A stretch of DNA of 64,000 bases, taken from an uncultured Arcobacter sp. (lineage in GTDB: Bacteria > Campylobacterota > Campylobacteria > Campylobacterales > Arcobacteraceae). Both the position numbers and the translations under genes were made by a program. This document shows positions 48,308 to 58,168 of the stretch, in pieces; the stretch's first letter is position 1, and the number at the start of each line of letters is the position of its first letter. The notes below the pieces were generated by a model. It made no database searches. It had not been told where the DNA came from and saw only the letters and a program-made list of their open reading frames with translations. The stretch is from the NCBI GenBank assembly GCA_965140705.1, contig OZ223300.1:832001-896000 (forward strand), given 5' to 3'.

Positions 48308-48664
48308 CTCTTTGACTAATTGTTTATGTAAATTTATTTCATTGTTTAGTGTTTTTGCATTTACAAAAATATCTATAGTGATGTTTTGAGGAAGAGTTTC
48401 TAAACACCCTTTTTCAAAGCTTACTTTTGCTTTTAACTTGTAAATATCATCATCAAAAGATAAGTTCTCAATACAATTAGATTTCAAATCTAGAGTATTT
48501 ATATAATCTTTAAAAAAATCCAGATGTAGCTTTGCTTGAGTTTGCAAATATGAGTTTGTAAGATTTGAAATAGATAAGGACTTTGTTTGAAGAATAAGTA
48601 TAGTAAAAAATGAGAATATTGATATTAAAATTAAAGTGATAAGTAAAGAAAAAGAGTTTTTCAT
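48302..48664 (-). CDS. Pseudopilin-like protein (GspK/PilX-like, no Glu5)
   Basis: Likely start [17 protein letters not shown] at 48664, overlapping the upstream stop (ATGA). Confidence 0.6.
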   Translation of the reverse strand: MKNSFSLLITLILISIFSFFTILILQTKSLSISNLTNSYLQTQAKLHLDFFKDYINTLDLKSNCIENLSFDDDIYKLKAKVSFEKGCLETLPQNITIDIFVNAKTLNNEINLHKQLVKEL

Positions 48665-49011
48665 TTTACAATAACCACTTCTTGACAAATTCTATTTTCT
48701 AAACAGATATTTATTGAGGCATATTTATTAGTTAGTGTCAAGTTATATTTATTTACATCTTTTAAAAGTAAAGAGCCCTCATAATAAAGATTTTTATTTT
48801 TATATCTTAGTTTATCAAACCCTAATTTTTTTTCTAAAAAAAGTTTGAAGTTCAAAAGTTCAAGTTTTGTTTTTTCATCTTGAAAAGTTTGTTCGTTTTT
48901 TACAAAAATTTCTTTATAAAAATAGATTGAGTAAATAGAAATAAGTGAAACTATAAAAATACAAACAATAAGTTCTATTAGGGAAAATGATTTTTTATTT
49001 GATAAGTTCAT
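48661..49011 (-). CDS. Prepilin-type N-terminal cleavage domain protein
   Basis: KKS/FSLIELIVCIFIV class III signal peptide. Confidence 0.8.
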   Translation of the reverse strand: MNLSNKKSFSLIELIVCIFIVSLISIYSIYFYKEIFVKNEQTFQDEKTKLELLNFKLFLEKKLGFDKLRYKNKNLYYEGSLLLKDVNKYNLTLTNKYASINICLENRICQEVVIVK

Positions 49012-49288
49012 ATTTATATAATTTTATCTCATCACTATTTGAAGTAATTTTTTTAACTAATAGTTTTTTTTCTACACCATTTTCTAAAATAGTAATCTCT
49101 TTTTGAGAACTTTTTGTACTTGAATAGTCTGATTTTTTAAGTTTATTTGAGATTGCATTTAATTTTTGGAATTTTTTATTTGAATCATTATCATAAGCTA
49201 ATTTAAAAAATATAGCTACGATAATAGAAACAACTATCAAAGAGATAATTGTTTCTAAAAAAATAAAACTATTTTTTAGAGAGTTCAA
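48995..49288 (-). CDS. Prepilin-like protein
   Basis: Likely TTG start at 49288: KNS/FIFLETIISLIVV class III signal-like sequence. Confidence 0.65.
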   Translation of the reverse strand: MNSLKNSFIFLETIISLIVVSIIVAIFFKLAYDNDSNKKFQKLNAISNKLKKSDYSSTKSSQKEITILENGVEKKLLVKKITSNSDEIKLYKYELIK

Positions 49289-50033
49289 CTGCTTTCTCAT
49301 GAGCTGCTTCAATTGCTTTAATCATAGCATCTCTTACACCTTTTTCTTCCAATGCTCCAACTCCTGCTATAGTTGTGCCTCCTGGGCTAGTAACAGAGTC
49401 TTTTAAAACAGCAGGGTGATTTTTTTCTAATAACCCAGCAACTCCTTCAAAAAGACCTTGTACTAAGAAAGTACTAAATTCTCGCTCTAAACCTGCTTTT
49501 ACAGCACCATCAGCAATACCTTCTGCAACTAAAGCCAAAAATGCAGGACCACTTCCTGCAACTGCTGTTGCAATGTCAAGTTGTGCTTCTGTATTCACCC
49601 ATAAAGTTTTACCAATAGAATTAAATAACTCAATTGCTACATTTTTTGCTTCTCTATCACCTGTGATTGTAGTCATAGATTTTCTAATTGATGCTGCAAC
49701 ATTTGGCATAACTCTAATATATGTTTTTGATAATATATGTTTTTTTAAACTTTCTATTTTTGTACCAGCTAAAATTGAAATAAATATATTTGCTTTCCCT
49801 TCAAGTCTTACTGCTACACTTTGTAAGGCGTAAGGCTTAACACAAAAAATTATATTTTTATTTGTAATATCTTCAATATCATCTAAAACTTTTACTTCAA
49901 CTTCTGGGATAACTTCTTTTAATTTCTCTAATTTACCTTGGTCTCTTCCTAAAATCTCGACTTCATGACTTTCAACTAAACCTTTTGCTAAGGCTCTTGC
50001 CATCATTCCATTACCTATTAATGTGATTTTCAT
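49269..50033 (-). CDS. proC: Pyrroline-5-carboxylate reductase
   Basis: IGNGMMA, FCVKP, RVMPN, AGSGPAF, VTSPGGTTIAG. Confidence 0.96.
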   Translation of the reverse strand: MKITLIGNGMMARALAKGLVESHEVEILGRDQGKLEKLKEVIPEVEVKVLDDIEDITNKNIIFCVKPYALQSVAVRLEGKANIFISILAGTKIESLKKHILSKTYIRVMPNVAASIRKSMTTITGDREAKNVAIELFNSIGKTLWVNTEAQLDIATAVAGSGPAFLALVAEGIADGAVKAGLEREFSTFLVQGLFEGVAGLLEKNHPAVLKDSVTSPGGTTIAGVGALEEKGVRDAMIKAIEAAHEKAVELSKK

Positions 50034-50124
50034 ATTTTACCTTAATATTGTTTTTTAGATTATATCAAATATTTCCTAAGCTTGGATTAGTTAAAATACT
50101 TCTTTTTACAAAAGGATATTAATA

Positions 50125-50793
50125 ATGATTGGTTTAAATACAGTAGTAAAGAAGAGTTTGAGTTTAGTAATTATTGCAGGGTTTGCAATGACTCTTATAT
50201 CTTGTTCATCAAAAAAAGGACCTAAAGAGTATGGTCAGCCTGCCATTTACTGGTACAATAAAATTGCTAATGATATAGCAACTAGTGATTTAGAAGCTGC
50301 TGATGATGCTTATATTTCTTTGGAAAGTGAACATAAAAATTCACCTTTACTAGCAACTGCATTACAAATACTTGTGAATGCACATATTGATGCAGAAGAG
50401 TATGCTCTAGCAAACTTTTATATTGATGAGTATATTAAAAGATTTGGTGTTAGTAAAAGTATTGATTATTTTAGATATTTAAAAATAAAAGCAAACTTTT
50501 TATCTTTTTCTTCTGAATTTAGGGAACAAAACTTAATTACAGAAACGCAAAAAGAGATTAATGAGTTTATGCTAAAGTTTCCAAATTCACCTTACATGCC
50601 TCTTGTAGGAACAATAAATGCAAGATTAGCAATGGCTAAAGCTTCATTTGATAAAGAAATTGCAGATTTATACAAAAGAATAGATAAACCAAAAGCTGCA
50701 AAATTTTATGAAGATAAAGTAAGTAAAAACTGGGTTAACCCAAAAGAGATAAAAGAAGTACATGTACCATGGTATAGAGCAATATTCGAATAA
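50125..50793 (+). CDS. bamD: Outer membrane protein assembly factor BamD
   Basis: Lipobox LISC, TPR-like helices, FPNSPY, IADLYKR, PWYRAIFE; upstream of lon as is usual in Campylobacterota. Confidence 0.85.
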   Translation: MIGLNTVVKKSLSLVIIAGFAMTLISCSSKKGPKEYGQPAIYWYNKIANDIATSDLEAADDAYISLESEHKNSPLLATALQILVNAHIDAEEYALANFYIDEYIKRFGVSKSIDYFRYLKIKANFLSFSSEFREQNLITETQKEINEFMLKFPNSPYMPLVGTINARLAMAKASFDKEIADLYKRIDKPKAAKFYEDKVSKNWVNPKEIKEVHVPWYRAIFE

Positions 50794-50820
50794 TACAAAA
50801 TATTTTAGGAGTTAATTTTA

Positions 50821-53238
50821 ATGGATTTAACAAATTATGATGAGTTTCCACAGGAATTACCATTAATTATTGAAGATGAGGTATTTTTATACCCATTTAT
50901 GATTGCACCACTTTTTTTAAATAATAAAACAAATATTAGTGCAGTTGAAAAAGCTATAAATGAAAATAAGTTAGTAATAGTTGCCGTTAGTAAAGATGGA
51001 CAAGAGAGCCAAGAAAGAGCTGATGGTCAATTTTATGATGTTGGAGTTATTGGTAACATTATGAGAAAAGTATCTTTGCCAGATGGTAAAATAAAAGTAC
51101 TTTTTCAAGGTTTAGCAAAGGGACGAATTAGTCAATTTAAGATTGATAATCCAGAAGTTTGTCAAGTACAATTAATGGAGACAAAACCATATTCACTAGA
51201 AAGTGTTACTTCTATTTTAAATATTCTTAGAGAAAACGTAGGTAAATTATCAAAAATCAATACAAAATTTCCAGTTGATTTGATAAAAACAATAGATGAA
51301 AATAATGATGCCGTAAGAATTGCTGATTTAATATCATCTGTTTTAAAAGTGACTAAATCACAAGCTTATAAGCTATTCTCTCAAACAGATATAGAAGCTA
51401 GATTAGTGGCTATCATAGAGATAATACAAAAAGAGATAGAAAATTTTAAAATTCAAAAAGATATTACACAAAAAGTAAATTCAAAAATTGAAAAAACACA
51501 TAAAGATTATTTCTTAAAAGAGCAAATAAAAGCAATACAACAAGAACTTGGAACTGGAAATAAAAAAGACGAAGAAGTAAAATCTTATTCTAAACGATTA
51601 AAAAAACTTAAACCTTTTATGGGAAAAGATGCTTTTAAAGAGACAAAAAAACAAATTGAAAAACTTTCTCGTATGCATCAAGATTCACCAGATGCTTCGC
51701 TTTTACAAACATATGTAGAGCAAGTTTTAGATATACCATTTGGACAATACTCTGATGAAAAAATATCTGTAGATGCAGTTGAAAAACAATTAAATAAAGA
51801 TCATTATTCATTAGAAAAAGCAAAAGAGAGAATTTCTGAATATTTTGCAGTAAAACAACTTTTGGAACAAAGGGGAGTTGAAAATGCCAAATCAAGAGGA
51901 ACTGTACTTTGTTTTGTAGGACCTCCAGGTGTTGGTAAAACTTCTTTAGCAAACTCTATTTCAAAAGCACTTAAAAGACCACTTGTAAGAGTTGCTTTAG
52001 GTGGGATGGAAGATGTAAATGAATTAAGAGGTCATAGAAGAACTTATGTTGGAGCAATGCCAGGAAGACTTGTAAAAGGTTTGGTTGATGCTAAAAAAAT
52101 GAATCCCGTAATGGTTCTTGATGAAATAGATAAATTAGGAGCAAATAATAGAGGTGATCCAACAGCTGTTATGCTCGAAGTTTTAGATCCTGAACAAAAT
52201 CATGAATTTAGAGATTTATATTTAAATTTTGCTATTGATTTATCACAAGTTATTTTTGTATCTACTGCAAATGATGCTAGAAGAATACCACCAGCTCTAA
52301 GAGATAGAATGGAGTTCATTGAAATATCTTCATATACTCCAAATGAAAAGTATCATATTGCAAAAGATTATTTAATACCTCAAGAGTTAGAAAAACATGC
52401 TCTTAAAAAATCTGAAATAAGTATGAGCCAAACAACTATTGAGATGATTATTTCAAAATATACACGAGAAGCAGGGGTTAGAAATCTTAGACGAGTATTT
52501 TCTAAATTGTTTAGAAAAGCAGCTAAGAAGATATTGTCAGAAGGTGAGTCAAAAGTTTCAATAAACACTAAAAATTTAAAAGAGTTTTTAGATAATCCTA
52601 TTTTTGAAATAGACCCAGCTGATAAAAAGAATATGGTTGGAGTTGCTAATGGATTAGCTTGGACAGCTGTTGGTGGAGATGTTTTAAAAATCGAGGCTAT
52701 AAAACTAAAAGGAAAAGGTAATTTAGTTGTTACTGGAAATCTAGGTGATGTAATGAAAGAGTCATCAAGAATTTCATATTCAGTTGTAAAAGTTTTAATT
52801 GATGAAGGTAAACTAAAAATTGATTTAAATACTATTCCTATGTCTTTAAAAGAAAAAGATGAAAATATAGTTTTAGAACCAAGTGAAGTTTATAAAAGAA
52901 ATGATATTCACTTACATATTCCAGAAGGTGCAACTCCTAAAGATGGACCAAGTGCTGGTATTACAATGGCTTTAACTATTGCTTCTATATTAAGTAATAA
53001 AGAGATTAAATCTGATATTTGTATGACAGGTGAATTAACACTTACTGGAAAAGTTTTACCAATAGGTGGATTAAAAGAAAAACTAATTGCAGCTTTTAAA
53101 GCAAAAATGAAAAAAGCTTTAATTCCTAGAAAGAATTATGAAAGGGATTTAGAAGATATTCCTGATGAAGTAAAAAAAGCTTTAGAGATAAAACCAGTAG
53201 ACAAAATAGAAGATGTCTTAAAAGAGGGTTTGATTTAA
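50821..53238 (+). CDS. lon: Lon protease
   Basis: GPPGVGKTS, RGHRRTYVGAMPG, PKDGPSAG, IGGLKEK. Confidence 0.98.
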   Translation: MDLTNYDEFPQELPLIIEDEVFLYPFMIAPLFLNNKTNISAVEKAINENKLVIVAVSKDGQESQERADGQFYDVGVIGNIMRKVSLPDGKIKVLFQGLAKGRISQFKIDNPEVCQVQLMETKPYSLESVTSILNILRENVGKLSKINTKFPVDLIKTIDENNDAVRIADLISSVLKVTKSQAYKLFSQTDIEARLVAIIEIIQKEIENFKIQKDITQKVNSKIEKTHKDYFLKEQIKAIQQELGTGNKKDEEVKSYSKRLKKLKPFMGKDAFKETKKQIEKLSRMHQDSPDASLLQTYVEQVLDIPFGQYSDEKISVDAVEKQLNKDHYSLEKAKERISEYFAVKQLLEQRGVENAKSRGTVLCFVGPPGVGKTSLANSISKALKRPLVRVALGGMEDVNELRGHRRTYVGAMPGRLVKGLVDAKKMNPVMVLDEIDKLGANNRGDPTAVMLEVLDPEQNHEFRDLYLNFAIDLSQVIFVSTANDARRIPPALRDRMEFIEISSYTPNEKYHIAKDYLIPQELEKHALKKSEISMSQTTIEMIISKYTREAGVRNLRRVFSKLFRKAAKKILSEGESKVSINTKNLKEFLDNPIFEIDPADKKNMVGVANGLAWTAVGGDVLKIEAIKLKGKGNLVVTGNLGDVMKESSRISYSVVKVLIDEGKLKIDLNTIPMSLKEKDENIVLEPSEVYKRNDIHLHIPEGATPKDGPSAGITMALTIASILSNKEIKSDICMTGELTLTGKVLPIGGLKEKLIAAFKAKMKKALIPRKNYERDLEDIPDEVKKALEIKPVDKIEDVLKEGLI

Positions 53239-53242
53239 TTTT

Positions 53243-53821
53243 ATGAGCTCAAGAAGAAGAGTAAGCCAAACAGTAAATAATTTTTTTACTTTGGCTTCTA
53301 TTATAATGCTTGCTGTTGTAATTACTCTTTATTCAAAATTTGGACCAAAGGTGAAAAAAGAAGTTAGAATGAACTCTAACTTACAGTGTCAAAAAGAGAC
53401 ATTGACTATTGATTCAATTACGAGACCTGAACTTTTGAAAGATGCAAGTTATTATATGAAAAATGGTTTGTATGTTTTAAGTGGTGGTTTTACAAAACCT
53501 CGATTTGGGAAGTTTTATTTAAAAGACAAGATTTCTATTGCCCAAGCTGATGAATTTTTTAAAAATTCAATTTCTTTTTCCAAAAAAGAAGATCCTGTTA
53601 AATATTTAAAGATAAAATATGAAATTATAGAAAATGATAAAAATGATCCTAGAAAAAAAGATAAAAAAAGTAAATCTTTTGCTGGGACTTTATTAAGCTC
53701 TTTTCGAATAAATGGAAAAGAGGTTTTTATGATGGAAACAAACTTTTTACACTATGATAAAAATGATATTAAAAATAGAATAGAATGTACAATAAAGGCT
53801 TTTAAATACAATGCAAAATGA
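53243..53821 (+). CDS. Hypothetical membrane-anchored protein
   Basis: One N-terminal TM helix, two Cys; lies between lon and the rhomboid gene. Confidence 0.75.
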   Translation: MSSRRRVSQTVNNFFTLASIIMLAVVITLYSKFGPKVKKEVRMNSNLQCQKETLTIDSITRPELLKDASYYMKNGLYVLSGGFTKPRFGKFYLKDKISIAQADEFFKNSISFSKKEDPVKYLKIKYEIIENDKNDPRKKDKKSKSFAGTLLSSFRINGKEVFMMETNFLHYDKNDIKNRIECTIKAFKYNAK

Positions 53822-54338
53822 AAAACTAATAACTGTCACAAATATAATTATTCTTATTACTGTTATAATGTATATAATTCAAATAAATATGCCTAATGGT
53901 TCTTTATATTTAGGATTAAATATGTTCTTTCTTGAGGGACTTTGGTATCAACCTTTATCTACAATGTTTGCCCATGGTGGAGTAGGTCATATCTTGATGA
54001 ATATGTTTGTACTTTATCAATTTGGAAATATGATAGAAAAATATAGAGGTGTAAAAGCTCTATTGGTTCTTTATTTTATAGGTGGAGTTATAACTTCATT
54101 ATTGAGTTTTTATTTTATGCAAGCAATGGGTATGAATAATAATTTAGTAGGTGCCTCAGGTGCAATTTGTGTGCTTTTAGGTTATATTGCCCTAATTGAT
54201 ACCTATCAAAGAAAAGGTATCATTACTTGGATTTTAATAATCTCTGTAGCACCTGTTTTAATTGGTCTTCCAGTAGCTTGGTATGCTCATCTTATTGGTT
54301 TAGCTGTTGGTTATCTTATGGGTAAATTTTTCAAATAA
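53811..54338 (+). CDS. Rhomboid family intramembrane serine protease
   Basis: MFAHGGVGHILMNM, VGASGA, AHLIG. Confidence 0.93.
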   Translation: MQNEKLITVTNIIILITVIMYIIQINMPNGSLYLGLNMFFLEGLWYQPLSTMFAHGGVGHILMNMFVLYQFGNMIEKYRGVKALLVLYFIGGVITSLLSFYFMQAMGMNNNLVGASGAICVLLGYIALIDTYQRKGIITWILIISVAPVLIGLPVAWYAHLIGLAVGYLMGKFFK

Positions 54339-54339
54339 A

Positions 54340-54498
54340 TTAATTCACAAAATAAGTAACTATACTCATAACAGCTATTACAAAAAAAATACCAATAAAA
54401 ATCTCTTTTAATTTAATAGTAGGGTTTAAAATCCCACAATAGGGACATTGTCTTAGTTTTGGTTCTATTTCACTTTTGCAGTTTCTACAAGGTTCTAT
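54340..54498 (-). CDS. Small zinc-ribbon membrane protein (start uncertain, probably ATA at 54498)
   Basis: CRNC-x9-CPYCG then a C-terminal TM helix; SD AAAGGA 6 nt before ATA; the upstream part of the track ORF overlaps the dinB promoter. Confidence 0.65.
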   Translation of the reverse strand: MEPCRNCKSEIEPKLRQCPYCGILNPTIKLKEIFIGIFFVIAVMSIVTYFVN

Positions 54499-54604
54499 TT
54501 TTAATCCTTTAAAATTGAAAATATACAGCAATATTTTTTTAAAGTCAAATATTACATTATGACATTTTATATCAATTTGTAATAAAATATTGTATAATAC
54601 ATTT

Positions 54605-55870
54605 ATGATTATACACCTAGACATAGATTCTTTTTTTGTATCTGCCCATAGAACGTTAGATAGTACACTATTAGGTAAAGCAGTTGCTGTTGGGGGACGA
54701 AGTAATACATCAATCTTTGATAATAAATCAAATGATAAAAAAGTACTAAGTGAAAGTAATGGTGCTTTTGTTAGCTCTATCCTAACAAAAAATAGTAAAA
54801 CTTCTAAAGAGTACTATAAAGACCAAAATGGACGAATAAGAGGAATAATTACAACCTCTTCTTATGAAGCTAGAAAATTTGGTGTAAGAACTGCTATGAG
54901 TGTAAATGAAGCTTTGATGCTTTGTCCCCATTTGATAATGATTCCACCTGATTACTCTTTATATCATGATTTGTCGCAAAAATTAAATAAGTATTTATAC
55001 ACAAAAACACCCCATGTGGAGCAATCTAGTATTGATGAATTTTATATAGATTTAAGTGGATATATTGAAGATAGTGATATAGAAAACTTTGCAAAAGAGC
55101 TAAAAAAAGAAGTTTTTGAAAAGTTTAAATTACCAATATCTATAGGTATAGCAAATACAAAATATATAGCAAAACTTGCAACGAATGGTGCAAAACCAGA
55201 TGGTATAAAAATAGTACAACAAAATGAGGTTTATGATTTTATAAAAGATAAAGCAATCTCAGAGTTCCCAGGTATTGGGAAAGGTACTGAAAAAAAATTA
55301 TTGGCACATGGAATTAGAAGATTAGGACAAATAAGAGATAAAAAAGAGCTTTTTTATTCATGGAAAAAATCAGGAATACAACTTTATAATAGGGTATTAG
55401 GATTAGATAAAGAAAAGACACAAACAAAAACTTCTAAAAAATCAATAGGAATAGGGCGAACCTTTGATCCTATACTAGATAGACTTGAGATAAATAGAAG
55501 ACTTGTAATATTATGTAGGTATCTTAGTTTTTTAGTATTTAAAGAAAAAGTTACTCCCCAAACATTTTTTTTGCAAATAAGTTATGACTATAAAAGTAAA
55601 TCAAAGGATTATATAAATACAAATAGACTTTTTAATGAAACATATTTTAAAAACTCAATTTTAAAGCTTTTTAAAGATATAGACATTCATCCAACTCACC
55701 ATATTGTACAATTAAACTTATCTGTATCAAATTTTACAGAAAATAGAAATCATAGTTTTGATCTTTTTGAATATGAAAAGGATAAAAAGAATTTGGAGTT
55801 AGCAAACAAAATAAATAAGCTAAGAGATAAATATGGTATAGATATTATAAAAAATGCAACAGAACTTTAA
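54605..55870 (+). CDS. dinB: DNA polymerase IV (Y family)
   Basis: MIIHLDIDSFFVS, SYEARKFGV, SIDEFYID, AKLAT...KPDG, PGIG. Confidence 0.93.
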   Translation: MIIHLDIDSFFVSAHRTLDSTLLGKAVAVGGRSNTSIFDNKSNDKKVLSESNGAFVSSILTKNSKTSKEYYKDQNGRIRGIITTSSYEARKFGVRTAMSVNEALMLCPHLIMIPPDYSLYHDLSQKLNKYLYTKTPHVEQSSIDEFYIDLSGYIEDSDIENFAKELKKEVFEKFKLPISIGIANTKYIAKLATNGAKPDGIKIVQQNEVYDFIKDKAISEFPGIGKGTEKKLLAHGIRRLGQIRDKKELFYSWKKSGIQLYNRVLGLDKEKTQTKTSKKSIGIGRTFDPILDRLEINRRLVILCRYLSFLVFKEKVTPQTFFLQISYDYKSKSKDYINTNRLFNETYFKNSILKLFKDIDIHPTHHIVQLNLSVSNFTENRNHSFDLFEYEKDKKNLELANKINKLRDKYGIDIIKNATEL

Positions 55871-55935
55871 GAAAACTAATCGAAAAAAAAAGAATAAAAG
55901 TAGTATAATTTTTAAAAATTCAATAAAGAGAGAAA

Positions 55936-56337
55936 ATGAACAAAAATAAAGAGATTGTAAAATCTTATTATGAGAACCTATGGAATAAAAAAGATAAATC
56001 ATATATTGATAAACTATTTCATGATGATATACTTTTTAGAGGTACATTAGATGTGGAAACACATGGTAAAAAAGAGTTTGAAGAATACTTTGATATGATT
56101 TTACATGCTCTTCCAAATTTATATCATGGGGTTGAACTTATGATTGCTGAAAATAATTTAGTAAGTGCAAGAGCTATTTATAATGGAACTCATTTGGGAA
56201 AACTTTTTGATATAGAAGCAACTAACAAAAGAATAAGATATAACGGGGCTTCATTTTTTAGAATAGAAGATGATAAAATAAAAGAAATTTGGGTTTTAGG
56301 GGACTTAAATTCTTTATATAAACAATTAAGTAAATAA
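55936..56337 (+). CDS. SnoaL-like ester cyclase family protein
   Basis: IVKSYYENLWN, ALPNL, GTHLG, FRIEDDKIKEIW. Confidence 0.85.
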   Translation: MNKNKEIVKSYYENLWNKKDKSYIDKLFHDDILFRGTLDVETHGKKEFEEYFDMILHALPNLYHGVELMIAENNLVSARAIYNGTHLGKLFDIEATNKRIRYNGASFFRIEDDKIKEIWVLGDLNSLYKQLSK

Positions 56338-57113
56338 TGAAACATAACGAAATCAATAATTTTCATATTTCAGATATAGAAAATGAAGTTCATCCTTCTA
56401 TATTTATTAAAGATGAAGATTATGATTTATTTATTTTACGAATTCCTCAAATAATAGATGATAAATTAATTCCAGTTAGTAAAGCTTTTATAATTACAGA
56501 TAAATCGTATTTTTATTTTGATAAAGAAAATAAAGATTTTGTTGATTTAAAAAATATCGATGGATTTTATAAATATTTAAATAATGATATTGACTCAATT
56601 TTAAATATAGTAACTAGTTATATGAATGAAATAGAACAAATTGAAGATGATTTTTATGATAACAAAATTGATAAAAACTTTAATAAACAATGGTTTTCAT
56701 ATAAAAATGATTTTATAAAAATGAATAGGGTTTTATTTAAGTGTGCTGAAGTTATGAATATCTTAATAAGTAATTACAATAAAGATGATGATTATTTAAA
56801 AAGAAACTTTGAAGATTTGCAAGAGCACTTACATAGAGCACATAGAAATTCTGGTATGTTATTAGAAAAAATTGATGCTTTACATAATTCATATATCATT
56901 GAAAATAATGAGCAAATGAATAGAACAGTTTATATTCTTACTTTATTATCTGGAATATTTTTACCACTAAATTTAATCGTTGGTTTTTTTGGGATGAATA
57001 CAACTTCTTTGCCTTTTAGTAAAACAGATGATGGAACATTTTTAGTTATAAATGTTTTATTTATTTCTGTAATTATTTCTACAATTTTAATTTACTTTAT
57101 CAAAAAAAGATAG
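56337..57113 (+). CDS. CorA-like divalent cation transporter
   Basis: LTLLSGIFLPLNLIVGFFGMNT (GMN motif) and two C-terminal TM helices. Confidence 0.9.
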   Translation: MKHNEINNFHISDIENEVHPSIFIKDEDYDLFILRIPQIIDDKLIPVSKAFIITDKSYFYFDKENKDFVDLKNIDGFYKYLNNDIDSILNIVTSYMNEIEQIEDDFYDNKIDKNFNKQWFSYKNDFIKMNRVLFKCAEVMNILISNYNKDDDYLKRNFEDLQEHLHRAHRNSGMLLEKIDALHNSYIIENNEQMNRTVYILTLLSGIFLPLNLIVGFFGMNTTSLPFSKTDDGTFLVINVLFISVIISTILIYFIKKR

Positions 57114-57120
57114 CTATTTT

Positions 57121-58167
57121 TTAGTTATCTTTTTTTTCAATATAAAGTTTTGATAGAATTAAAACCATCGTATCTATGGATTTTTTAGTAGTAGTTTCCC
57201 TCACTGTATGATACCCAATAGTTGGAATTTGAAGAGTTGTTCCTTGAATTTCACCATCAGTTGCATCAATTATTCTTCCTAGTTCCGTAACTCCCACTGA
57301 ACCTTTTGTTCCTGCGCTTAACATTTGGTTTTCTAAATAAGCATCTTTATAGTGGTAATTTATATTATTTTCAATAACTATTTTTTTGAGTTTTTCTTCT
57401 AAAGGAGATTTGAAAACAGCATTTTCATCTCTATTTCTTAATACAATATCTAAATTTGTAATATGATCTACACTACTGTATGGACTTGTATCTAAAACAA
57501 GAAGTTCATCTGTTGTTATATTAAATCTTCTAAAATACTCAAGTAAAAATCTCCAACTTTTTCCAGCCTCTTCACTTGCTGTAAAAAATGCAGTTCCTTG
57601 ATATCCAAGGTGGTATAAATAAATAATCATAGCAATAGAAATAACATTATCAAGTTGAGCAGAAACTAAACCGTTTTCATCTATATTTAAAGTATCCATA
57701 AAAGCTATGGCAGTTCCTGGTAAAAGGTGTTTAAGACCATCGATTTTAAAAATGATATTTTTTCTTCTATCACAAAGAAAGGCATCTTTTATAACTCCCA
57801 TTCCTAAATAACTTCCAGACCAAGGTTCATATGATTGAACTTTATGATCCATAAATCTCATTTCAAAGTTTTTTAAAAGTTTTTCAGAGTTTGAGTTTCC
57901 TCTTAAATCAGCTTGATTTTTTGCAATAAAAGCAGCATACTGGAACTCATTGTGTCCTGTACAAATTAGACCATGTCTATCTGCATGGGCAGAAATATAA
58001 CCGGTTTCAGGAGCATTTCCCTTAGCAACTAAAACTCCATCATAATATTCAACTGTTAAATCTAACTCTTCAAGCTCTCTTTTTACTCTCATAAAAAAAG
58101 GATGCTCTGCTCCAACAACACTTGGTGTTCTAATTAGTTGTTTTAAAATATCGTAAAATTTTTCCAT
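57121..58167 (-). CDS. M42/M20/M28-clan metallopeptidase
   Basis: LIRTPSVVGAE, SAHADR, SAQLDN, SEEAG, GYHT. Confidence 0.82.
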   Translation of the reverse strand: MEKFYDILKQLIRTPSVVGAEHPFFMRVKRELEELDLTVEYYDGVLVAKGNAPETGYISAHADRHGLICTGHNEFQYAAFIAKNQADLRGNSNSEKLLKNFEMRFMDHKVQSYEPWSGSYLGMGVIKDAFLCDRRKNIIFKIDGLKHLLPGTAIAFMDTLNIDENGLVSAQLDNVISIAMIIYLYHLGYQGTAFFTASEEAGKSWRFLLEYFRRFNITTDELLVLDTSPYSSVDHITNLDIVLRNRDENAVFKSPLEEKLKKIVIENNINYHYKDAYLENQMLSAGTKGSVGVTELGRIIDATDGEIQGTTLQIPTIGYHTVRETTTKKSIDTMVLILSKLYIEKKDN

Positions 58168-58168
58168 G

